This document shows, in pieces, positions 1 to 44,152 of a DNA stretch of 64,000 nucleotides. Each line of letters starts with the position of its first letter. Positions within the stretch are counted from its first letter, which is position 1. The translations under genes and the position numbers were made by a program. The notes under the pieces are model-generated. The model saw nothing but the letters and a program-made list of their open reading frames with translations. It was not told the DNA's origin and made no database searches. The stretch lies in NCBI GenBank assembly GCA_965644265.1, contig OZ286464.1, positions 89,342,001 through 89,406,000 of the forward strand, read 5' to 3'. The DNA comes from Glycera tridactyla (taxonomy: Eukaryota).

Positions 1-388
1 CTGGTCAAACAACATGTTGGTATAGAACATGAATACCTGGAATAAAAGTAGAAATCACATATCAAGTTTCATTCAGAAACAAGAATTTCTCCATTGAAAT
101 AAATATACTTCACCTTGAAATTATGCTGTGGAGTTTTGAGTTTTAAATGCATTGTATATTGATATTCTTGATCTACACTGGATTCAAAGTTTTGAATGAT
201 AAATGCATGGTACGTCAATATTTTTGATGATTTGAGAATGGATTGAGATTTTTACCTTGGCTCTGCTAGTGCAAAGCAACAAATGACTTCATGACATATG
301 TTAGAAGGATAAGACTCAATGAAAACAGGAAAATATTCCTGATATTGGTTTGAAATGTCATATATATCTCTTCAGCCATGAATGTCAC

Positions 389-421
389 CTTGTGATGTGA
401 TCTATTCATCAGCACATTCTC
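389..421 (-). CDS. possible next KCC exon ENVLMNRSHHK
   Basis: caacag acceptor, AAG/gtgaca donor, 33 nt in phase 0; falls in a variable region, so homology is weak. Confidence 0.4.
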
Positions 422-1035
422 CTGTTGGTATTCAAAATGCAATATCTCATCCTAAATATTGCATGACTATTGATGTAATATTTGCATGACTATTGATATA
501 CAATTTGTCATTCCAGCCTCCTTGGGCCGCAGACCTTGCCGTATCTTTGTGGAGATGATCTAGAGTAACCCATCATTTAGATACAATTCCAAAATTCACC
601 GCAAATCAGTTCAAACAAATACGGATGAAGATTCAGAATCTTTCCAATGCCCACATTCTGTAAATCCAGCAATCATGTAATCATCTATTATATGATATCA
701 ATGGTATGTCTATTACTTTATATAGAGAATATGTCAGGAAATATCAACTATCCCGTAAAGACAGAGGAATGTTGGAAGGATAGTAAGTCGGGCTCAAATA
801 TGGGGGGGAGGGTTACATCCAACACATGCTGGGTTTGAAAAAATTAGCAGAAATCGCCATTTGTAAGAGCTGGCAATTTACAAGGCCATTGAAAAATACA
901 GCAATGAAGAGTATCTCTTCATGACTTTTTTAGGGGGGGGGGGGGGGGGGGGGGGGTAAAATTGGATGTACTAGGCTGGACTTAGCCCTCTACAGATTTT
1001 GTTCAGAAAATTAGTTGAGGAAGTGTTATACTTAC

Positions 1036-33972
<32,937 letters not shown>

Positions 33973-36900
33973 CTGCAAGCATAAATCAAATTGGCAAATA
34001 AGCATTGAAATATTTTATTTGAGATGGACTCTATCTTCATAGTCGATTCAGTATCTGGCAGAGTGAGCAGACATTGATGAGTTCTGCAAAGTAAACCCAA
34101 TATTGAACCAGCTGTATACAGGCAAACCTGTAAAGAAACCATCCTAGGTTAAATCGAGTAGTCTTTATAGACAGGTGTAGTGATCATTTACCGAAGAAAA
34201 TACTATGATGGTTGCAGATCACAGTGACCTTTGTAGGCAGGTGGTCTTCATATGGAGGTGGTCTCTTGAGCAGACTTTGACTGATTGCAACTCAAAAGTC
34301 ATAAATCTGGCACTGAAGAATATCATTTCATCACTGAATTCAATTTTGTAACTCTTGAAATCAGCACATCATCACATAATGAAGCGCTAGAATAAGATGA
34401 GTTGTTCAAGTGAGCAAGCTGGCTGGTTAGGTCGAGGGGCAACATAAAAGTTTAACACAGCAAAACCTGTCTATAGTGAAAAGTCACGGGTCAGATTTTT
34501 CTTTTCACTGAAGACAGGATTTCACTGTGGACAGGATTTCACTATAGCGGGTTTTACTGCACTCACAAGAATGGGGTACCATACAGAAGTTGCATGCAAA
34601 GTACATCCGCTCAGAATTTCAGACGTGGCTGGCTCCTAACTTTTAAAATATGGTAGTTATTGGCTACCTACAGGTAGCAAGGTAGAGCCCTGCTTGGTGA
34701 GGTTTTCCTCACAAAGACATGTCTATTGTACATATTTTCACAAATGTATTGAATATCCTGTATCATTAGAGCATGAATGAATCTCATGAATAAGAATAAA
34801 AGTATCTCAATCTCAATCTCAATGACCTTAGTGATCGTTCTGATATGCACCATAGACGGACAATGTCTGGGCAATGTCTGATCTGCGTACTTTATATTGT
34901 GTTGAGTGAGAGCATATTGGTTCATCATGAGCCGGTCAAAGGCTTTCTGTTGTCATTATCACCACACCAGATGTCACTTCCATCAAAGTTTGGCGATCAC
35001 ATCTCGTCAAACACAACATAATTGTCAGCCTGGGCAACCATCTGTATGAAATATGCAGCCTAATTTGATGTCTGTCCACATACAGCATCCTTGTAATGTT
35101 TGCCACCTGAGATGTTCTGACAGATAAGTGAAGTAATGCAATGGCTGATGTCCACAGTGCCAACACTTGATCCAATCATCAAGCACCCAATTCAAGTTTT
35201 CTGCTCCAGCCTGACCCATCGACGCCTATTGCAGGTTGCATTCAGAGGTGGCCTGATTATAACTATGAGATGGAGAGAACAAGAACACAGGTTTGGTTTG
35301 GTTTGGTTTGGTTTGGTTGAGGTTTGACGGCATGGATCAAATCAGAGAATGTATGCCATGTGTTCCTTGTCAATGAGAGCTAGATGGCCAGTCTCCAGCA
35401 GGTATCACTTTCACAAACACTGAACACAATGATGGGCATACAGCCAGGTGGCAAGTGGGAGAAGCTGATAGTTCAGACACGCCTATACCCATCCAACATG
35501 AACATGATGAACCTAAAGATGTTGTATCTGACAATGACTGATTAGAGGCTCACACCCAAACCTCATAACAATGTTCTCGCAGAGAATTGCTGGGTGCAAA
35601 ACACACAATATGAGCAGTTCTCAATGTGGACTCCGATAGATTCAAGTGGAGGGGGGGGGGGGGGGGGGCTCCATAAAGTTCATCAAAGAATTCAATTAAG
35701 AAAAATGTCAACAACGCATGCCACTTATGACAAACCTAACACAGCTGAGGCAATGTTAGACCGATCTTCAGAGTAATACTCCAACTCCAATGAAAATGGA
35801 ATGTACCATCTTCAGTAGCAATGCCCTTTTCGTGATTTCTTCAAGCTTTGGGATGCCCTGATAACACCCAGCAAGCCTACAAACAGGCTTGCAGCCATGA
35901 TCTTCATATTTGGTGGCATTTATCCTAAAATTTCAGGAATGGGGGCATTGCTCCACAAAATCCCCGAAATTGGTTATTTGACAGTAGTCAGCCATATTTC
36001 AAGGCCACCAAAATACGGGTGACTTGCGCATGTACTGAAGGAGGGTTGCATGGCATTTCGTTACATCATTCATTTGAGATGTATTTCTAGAAATGTTTTG
36101 TTTCGTGATTAATGCATTTCGTCTCAGCCATCGTACACTGCATATATATGAATGATTGAGTATCAGATAAAAGAATTAGAGATTGACAAGATGAAGTTTG
36201 TGGAATGCCCCATGCCACCTTTGGATGACCTTGTACTTAGTCTCCTCCATCTGACCTGGGGGATGGGGGATGAGCTGAATTCATCCTAGCCACTCAGATG
36301 CTGTCACCATCTCAGTGAAATTGTATTTGTCTTATTCCCGAGACTGCCTCTTGACTGTTGAAAGCCTGTCAAGTCCAAATGTGATGGTTCCTTTTCATAC
36401 ATCCATGAATTCTATAACAGATATGTGACTACTAGGGCATTGGGAGATAGCCTGCGTACAGAACAATGAAATTCGCCATCCTAAATATTATACAGAATAT
36501 GGTGGAACAAGAAGCTGTCACAGACAGCCATGGGTGCTAATTTGCACGGGCAATCACTCCGTTAAAATTATTCGATCGTGAAACCATGACAATATGCACT
36601 GCAACACTTGATGATGATCATTCTCTGGAAGGTTGGTGAGAATTGCATGTGGAATGAACGAGGAGTTGCGCAGCCAAGGAAGTGTGATGGCCAGATGGAT
36701 GGACAGAAAGACAGACCCCACTATTTCTATATCCCCTACACCATTCGGTGGGGGATAATAACAGATGCAATATAAATCACACTATTTGTCCTAGAATATG
36801 GCATCACAATGGCAATATTCACAGAATGTATGATAATAAACTCAGACAAAATGTCACATTGCACACTATCAGCCGAAGGCTGCTGGAGACAAGGCTCAAG

Positions 36901-37059
36901 GTCATTACATATACTAACATGTAACGGAGATCGTGTGAGCCTACTGCATGGCAATAATGTGGTGAAATCAACGTATCACTGACTAGCTCGAACTCTCAAG
37001 ACTATATTATGCTCTGATTATTTTACTGAAAATATTCACCCAGATTAGATAAAGATTTT

Positions 37060-37350
37060 GTTTGAGGTTTAACAGCATGTATCAATCCTCCTGGTCAACG
37101 AAAGCTAGATGTTCTCTTCCCCGCCGACATCTCTCCTACAAACCCTAAATACAAGATGATGGGGAACCTGAAAGGTAGGCAAGTGGAAGTAGCTGACAGT
37201 TTAGACACACCTCTAACTCCTGAACATCAACAAAATGAACTTGAGGATGGCAAATCCAACTATTTAGTTGGCTGGAAGCTAACACTCAAGCCTGATAGCT
37301 ATGCTTTTTTTTGCGAAGTGCAGTACTAGAAACAGAGAAAAGCATTAGGT
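37060..37350. mobile_element. About 300-400-bp interspersed repeat bounded by a (GTTTG)n-like end
   Basis: Shared core acaagatgatggggacctgaaaggttgtcaagtggaagtagctgac; copies at about 16275, 28385-28700, 33660, 35290-35560, 54640-54935 (inverted), 62635. Confidence 0.75.
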
Positions 37351-38585
37351 TCAGAGAATATTCATTAGATAAAGAGAATTTTGGCCTGTGAAAATGGATT
37401 CACCCAAAACATTTGGCACGACAAGCCATATGGCGATGGAGATTCTTCACGGCACAAGAAAACTTCATAAGGCCTGAGAACGAGCTGAACATGGATAGTC
37501 CTAATCTCAATATGGGCGGCGATCTGCAGAGATCAGACAGACAGTCACTTTGATCTGTGACTTTGATGATCAACCAATATGACAGGCATGAAGTGATAGC
37601 TGTCATGACACCTTGCAGCCACCTCCATCCCATTTCATCCTTCTCTAGCTGTATCCCATTCAATCCTTATTCGTTTTCAAAATTATTTGAGTAAAGTTAC
37701 TATTCATTAGATAATAGATCAATGATTTGATCCTTGTAATTACTTTATGGTTTTGTTCACTCCCCGTTTGCCTGACTCATGGAGTTGCCAACAAGGGAAG
37801 ATGATTGGGCCCTTTACATACATTGATGCAGATTCCATGTGCCATTCTTCATCTCTTCATGTCCCTACCATAATATCTTATCAAACTATGCTAGATTCCA
37901 TGTGCCATTTGGGCACATCATATGTGTTCTTTTTCAAACTGAGGGTGCTATTAGCACAGGACATGAACTTGGAATATCTATGCTGCCAAACCATCGACCC
38001 CATCCATGTGTCATCGCGTCCACCTAGCCACCCACACAATTGGACTAACCCACAGATCCCTGATCCATCCAACCACCTCCACCTCTCCAATCATTCCATC
38101 CATCTATCAGTCTTCCAGCTATATATCTTGACCTACTGGCACAAAAAAGCAGATTTATTATTCAGGCTGTTTATTTTTCTCCCCAATGGGCAGGTACTTG
38201 ACCATCACTACAGCGAATTTCACTTTTCTTGTGACCAATAATTTTCATAATAACCTTGAGAGAAGATGGGTTGGACAGCACAATTCATAGGATACAATAC
38301 ATGTACTGTAACAGTTTGCTACGTATAAAAACAATGAACTGTGATGATGTGATCTGAATTCTGTGCGTTTGATGAGTTCCCATTACCAATTACATTGTGC
38401 AGCAGCAAGCTTTGAAGGAATGCGCCATAGCTCTCTTACATCACGTGTCTAATGTCAGCATGCTACTTTGATGGCCAACACCACCTGGGGTTAATGAGTA
38501 CAGACCCATTTTTTCATGGGATCTCTATAATGACATCTGGTTTATTTATCAGAGGTAAACATAACAACTGTAGCGAAAATGAATG

Positions 38586-38789
38586 GCTCACATTTTTCAC
38601 TGTGGATATCATGTCCTGCTCACATTTTTCACTGTGGATATCATGTTCTGCTCACATTTTTCACTGTGGATATCATGTCCTGCTCACATTTTTCACTGTG
38701 GATATCATGTCCTGCTCACATTTTTCATTGTGGATATCATGTCCTGCTCACATTTTTCACTGTGGATATCATGTCCTGCTCACATTTTT
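38586..38789. repeat. minisatellite, 6.4 x 32 bp
   Basis: gctcacatttttcactgtggatatcatgtcct. Confidence 0.97.
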
Positions 38790-39140
38790 GCAAGATAAAC
38801 TCGTGAAAAACAAGGGTCACGAAAAGAAGTGGAACTGACCGTAAGTCCCTGATAATATCCAAAGGGCTGGTGAGAATGGGGAGAGCAGGTGAAAATCTCA
38901 CTTCACCAGCTCAAAAGACAGGTGGAGAAGACATGAAAAGTAGGACCCCGACCACTCAATCAAAATGTCTTACATACTCAGCTGTAAGCGATGTCCCTAC
39001 TTTGAACAATCTGGGAAAGATACCATCTCTGGTCTGCACCATGATTATCTTGATTATCACCCAGAGCTGCGACCATGATAGTTTTACTCGACCGAAGGTG
39101 ACCTTTATAGACAGGTTTGACTGTATATCCAAGCAGTGAC

Positions 39141-39195
39141 CTTCCTCTTTTAATAACCTTTGTTGTAGCCGACGTGTTTCCTTCTTGGTCTGCAT
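39141..39195 (-). CDS. candidate (alternative) first KCC coding exon MQTKKETRRLQQRLLKEE(G)
   Basis: ATG in aacaATG context; ends GAAG|gtcact in phase 1, matching the phase-1 start of the 33972 exon; CpG-enriched upstream region. Confidence 0.45.
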
Positions 39196-39424
39196 TGTTA
39201 ATGAGGCCTCAGCTGCCAATCACGGATGCGGACGGACTCGCTGATTTGTCCCGGCGTACTTGATTAAACCTTCAATCTACACAATGCAGAGCACTCTGGT
39301 ATGTTGTGAATTGGAATTAAATTGCACCGCTAGACACATTCCCTCAGCAATCAGGACAACTGCAACATGACTGAAGCATTTGACACTTCAATGTACGATT
39401 GCACATCTCTTCCACGATATTTTA

Positions 39425-39779
39425 CAGTTAAACCTGTCTATAAAGGTCACCATCGGTTGCATGAAAGTGGCCTTTGACGGCAGCTGATCCTCACAGAGAG
39501 GGCAGTTATTATTTATAATACAGTGAAACCTCTTTTGAGAGACCCTCATTTGGGAGACTGGCCTCTTTTGAGAGACTGCTTTTCATTGGTCAATTTCTTT
39601 TTGGCATAGTCAAATATACCTTCAATGAGAGACCACCTCCTTTGAGAGACCGCTTGTGGTTGGCATTTGGGGTGGTCTCCCAAGAGAGGTTTTACTGTAC
39701 TATCATGGTTGTAGCTCGAGGTGGCCTTTGAAGGCAGGTAGCCTTCATTGAGAGGTGGTCTCTCCAGCAGATTTGACTG
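39425..39779. mobile_element. MITE nested inside a MITE (inner element 39521-39697)
   Basis: The inner element is TA-flanked and splits an outer element whose uninterrupted relative is at 12034-12211. Confidence 0.88.
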
Positions 39780-41312
39780 TAGATACCCATTCACTGTTAC
39801 CTGTGGGTAGCCAGGTGTCAACAAATTTCAACCCTGGCTACCTGAACACTGGTGATTAATCGATTGATTGACTGATTGACTGACTGATTGATTCATTGAA
39901 ATATCTGATTCACATTACACCTGTAAGTCAGTTCAGAAAGCCTACACACTGAGGCTGACAATAAAACAAATTCATACCATTGGAAAGCATAAGATATTGC
40001 GGTAGTGAAAACCGAATAGCATGATGAAAGTATATTTGCATAAACCATTACTGGTAGTCAGTCAACATCCAATCTCTGTTCTGTTTATTAGTCAAACCGG
40101 TATTGAGCGACCATCACCAGGACACAATGGTTTTTCAAGACCAGCGATTTCAGAATCCAGAGGATGCTTAAAACAGGTTCAACTGTATTTATGAAATTTC
40201 GTTCACCAGCAGTTGTAGAGAATAGTAAAACCTTCAACATGAGACCACCCTGAAAGTCAGAAACAGGTGTTCTCTCATTAAAGGTATACTTGGCTATGTC
40301 AAATATAGGAAAAAGGCCTTCAAAGACTGGTCTCTCAAGATAGGTGGTCTCTCATCAGAGGTCGTCTCATAGCAGGTCACATTATATAGTCCTAATACAA
40401 GTCTTTGGTAGGTAGACTGGATTCATCACATTGGATAAACGAGCGAGAGAAGGGATTGGTGAAGAGCGATTGCAGAAAGATGATGAATAGCACTAATAGA
40501 CAGGTGGCGGCGAATCCACTTAATCTTGAAAACATCTCAGCACACAGTTAACTTGCCTTTTCAATTTCTTCACTACTCGCAAATCCATTTGAACAGGCTG
40601 ATGTAAATAGTGTGTTTCCCATCAAGCAGCTGAAAGAATTGTCACAGATTCAGCCCCACATTTGGCCGATGAGGGATCCTCTAAGAACGAACCAGTGATA
40701 CCAATGAAATGGAGCCAAATCTTTGAAAATATAGTTTAGTGTTGGATATCAGCGGAGATTGTAAGACATTCGTCTCACATTTGAGTGTAATGTCTCACAT
40801 TTCAAGAAGTAGTGAGACAAATGTCACACTTTGGTCCCACCCAGAGCAAGCAATCGTAGCATTTGTTCCATATTTGTGTAAACTGTCTCATATTTTGAAT
40901 AGTGGCAAGACAAATGTCTCACTTCAGCCATAACTTAGAGCCAAGACTGATAGTTCTCGGAAGTATCTATGCGGAAACTTCCAGCCAGGTTGTTGCACTC
41001 CCTCAATCAAGAATCCCGAAATTTGGAAAAATTGCCATGACTGAAGAACTAGCAGAGAGACTAATGCTCTCGATGAGCTAAGCATGTTTTGTGTCAATTT
41101 GAGTTCACTCAAATGTCATGCAATGTGAGTCAACCAAGAATACATGATGAACACAGGAAATCGTTGAAATGCATTAGTGTACACTTCTCACCATTTTGTG
41201 ATGAACATCTTCAAAAGATTGTTCCTCAGCATCAGGTGATCACAAATCTGGGTGAATTATTGTTCTCGTATGCCAGGAATATGATATTAATATAGAAGCT
41301 CTTCCGTATTCA

Positions 41313-41517
41313 GGTCGATATGATGCACTATGGTTACCATGGTGGCACACTTGGGATCACATGGTTGATATGATGCACTATGGTTACCATGGCGGCACAT
41401 GTAAGATCACATGGTTAATATGATGCACTATGGTCACCATAGCGGCACATGTGGGATCACATGGTCGATATGATGCACTATGGTTACCATGGCGGCACAT
41501 GTGGGATCACATGGTTG
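41313..41517. repeat. minisatellite, 4 x 50 bp
   Basis: ggtcgatatgatgcactatggttaccatggcggcacatgtgggatcacat. Confidence 0.96.
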
Positions 41518-42707
41518 CAGAAGTGGAATTTCTGACTTCATTCTGCCGAAAACAATCATGTCTTCATACAATTCATAGAGAAATCACAATTGACTACATC
41601 AAAGAGCGGTTCACATAGCTCAACACACAAGATGGCTTGCTTCTACATGGGCTAGACAGATGGCTCCATGCACGAGATACAAGGTTCAAATCCACAAGAC
41701 ATTGGATGATTTCTGAGGATTTCATCTGTACATATCAATTATGTATTGTGAAAAGTCGTTCCATTCTGACTTCATAAATTTTATAAATATTTGGAGATAA
41801 ATGGTCAGATAAGATTGAAATATTGTCAACAAGAGACCACCTCTGATAGGAGACCATTTCCTCGGGCAGCATTTCCATGTGACATACCATACTCAACTAT
41901 ACTCCTTTTGATAAAGCCTACTTTTTGGTGATAAATGTATTTCGGGTGGTCTCTGGTTGCAGGTTTCATTCTACCTGAGGAAATGACTTGTCATGGAGTG
42001 GGGAATACAAAGCCACCAATCATGTAGATGACAAAAGACAGAAATCTCGACCATGATGAGGCTAGTACATCGGCCCAGTGGTGCTTGGTTTCCAGGTGAC
42101 GGTGGCAGTGAGTGGCCCCTGGCATCACCGTGGATACCAACAATAAGTAACAGAAGTGATGTGGATGTGAAATATGACAGGTGTCATCTGTGATTATCGT
42201 GATGCCATGCCACGAGGACGAGGATGCTAGCCTATTATGCTCCATGGTGACAACAAGGGCACGCAGACTTCACCCACATGTCACCCGTCCGGCAGGCAAT
42301 GCACCCAAGTGAAGAATAAGAATACCGCTGGAATCTCCCAATCTCCATCAGCATCTCTTCATCTCTGCCTTTTTATCATATATATGCAGAGGATGGAAGG
42401 TGATCTTTCTCTCTCCCTCTCTCTCTCCTCTGGCTCTATCTCTCCTCTGGCTCTATCTCTCTGTCTATCTCTCCTCTCCCCCTCTCTCTCCTCTCTGACC
42501 CCCTCCCTTCATTCCCGTCTGTGTGTCTGTTGGTGTGTATGTCAGTGTGTCTGTCTCTCTGTATATCCGTCCGTCCGTCCGTCCGTCCGTCCGTCCGTCC
42601 GTCCGTCCGTCTGTCTCTGACCTGGTGGCTCTTAGCAACAGAGAGGAATTAGATGATTGGGACCACACAAAAACTATAATGGTGTATCGTGAAACAGTTT
42701 CATATAA

Positions 42708-43002
42708 TCATCTCCCATTGAGTGAAATTTCACAAAAATCGGCTTGAACACGAGTATGACCGGATGGTCACTGGGTTCTCTGGGTGTCTGTGTGGGGAGT
42801 GTAGCATGCACTTGGCTGTGCTGTGAGGCCACTTTTATTGAGGTGGTCCCCATAGCTCTAAGTCAGCTAGCTCCTCCACAGGCTGGGCGGTTGATGCCAT
42901 GCTGGAGGTCCCAGGTTCAAATTCACAAGAAGAAATCGGATGATTTCTCAAAATGTAATTTGTACATTTCAATAGTGTATCGTGAAACACAGTTTCATAT
43001 AA
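42708..43002 (+). mobile_element. About 290-bp interspersed repeat with a B-box-like motif and a 3' TGAAAC-GTTTCA hairpin
   Basis: Copies or fragments at about 30530-30807(-), 12685-12810(-), 44510-44700(-), 9030-9098(+), 41640-41750(+), 3830-3870(-). Confidence 0.75.
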
Positions 43003-43229
43003 TATAAATCTTCTTCTCAGGCATCAGGTTAATTTCTTAAAAGACATTCCTACACAGAATTTGACCATCAATAGGTGCTTCTGGCTGGGGAAATGAGCGT
43101 GAAATATTCTGTCATTGTGCAGCAATCAATTGAAAATTAATTTGTCCACCATGATTCCTTGGAAGAGACCAGTGATTTCACTGTTAGATGGTTGGTAGCA
43201 TAGCATGCCCATGCTGATTTCTTGGCATG

Positions 43230-43540
43230 AGACAAGGGTCATCTGGAACCTTGAGATCAACTTTTCAAGTATTGACAGACTGGTCACCAATATTCAGGGT
43301 GGACTCTGACGAGGTATCGTTCCAGGAGCCAGTCTGGCTCATGTATATCGTGGCTGATGTACAGCCCTACCAGAAACACGATTTGTATGCTAATACTGCG
43401 GGAGATGTCAATGGGGAATGCAGTCCACCGAGACAGGTGATAGCTCTATTGGGGGTTGCCAGCATCTCTATCACATAGGAATACAGACTGCCGCCACATG
43501 AAACATGATTCATGGAGAACCAGCTGATTCATGCAGGTAT
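43230..43540 (+). mobile_element. possible decayed non-LTR RT fragment
   Basis: RGIVPGASLA and PVWLMYIVADV...LYANTA weakly echo GVPQGSVLG / LIYINDL..LYADD across frameshifts. Confidence 0.35.
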
Positions 43541-43977
43541 AGACAAAATAAGAAATACCGCCATGGGAGACTGCTCCATATGTCACAAACTTTTTTCCCC
43601 ACTGCACACATGCTCAGAAGGCTGAAATGTGCTCATGATGCTAAACCTGTGAACTAAAAAGATGAAACTCATGATGTGAAACCTGGGACGAGACACTGTG
43701 ACAAGAGACCTTCTCAGACATGAGCTCCTTTCCTCGGGGGAGTTTCTCTTTTTGACAAGTCAAATTCTGACAAGTCAAATCAAATACACAAGTCAAATAC
43801 ACCTTTGACAAGACCCCCTCAAAAGAGACCACCTTCGACATGAGCCCCTTTCCCAGGAGGAGCTTTTCTAATTGACATAGTCGACAATAACTTGAATGTG
43901 GGAACACCTCCGAGTGACTGTTATCCTGTGATATTTAGGGTGGTCTCTTCTCGCAGGTATCACTCTACTTGAGAATA

Positions 43978-44152
43978 CAGTGAAACCTGCTGTGAGACCC
44001 GTCGGCAAGAGACCACCTCTAAAGGGAGACCACTCTTTCAGGGCAGCTCTCCTATTTGACATGGTCATATATACGTTCAATGAGAGACCATTTGTTTTGA
44101 GAGACCGTTTTTTGGTGACATTTTGAGCTGTCTCTGGTCGCCGGTTCCACTA
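43978..44152. mobile_element. TA-flanked MITE
   Basis: CAGTGAAACC...GGTTCCACTA; degenerate relative at about 43680-43965. Confidence 0.8.

Noticed and set aside
500-561. Open frame IISTKIRQGLRPKEAG after a TAG
   Set aside because: Weak acceptor, no good donor, no KCC similarity
38452-38838. Cys/His-rich repetitive ORFs
   Set aside because: Translations of the 32-bp minisatellite, open in three frames
40392-40535. 47-aa minus-strand ORF with a signal-peptide-like N-terminus (MFSRLSGFAATCLLVLFIIFLQ...)
   Set aside because: No usable phase-1 donor, incompatible with a cytosolic KCC N-terminus, and no recognisable homology; short hydrophobic ORFs arise by chance
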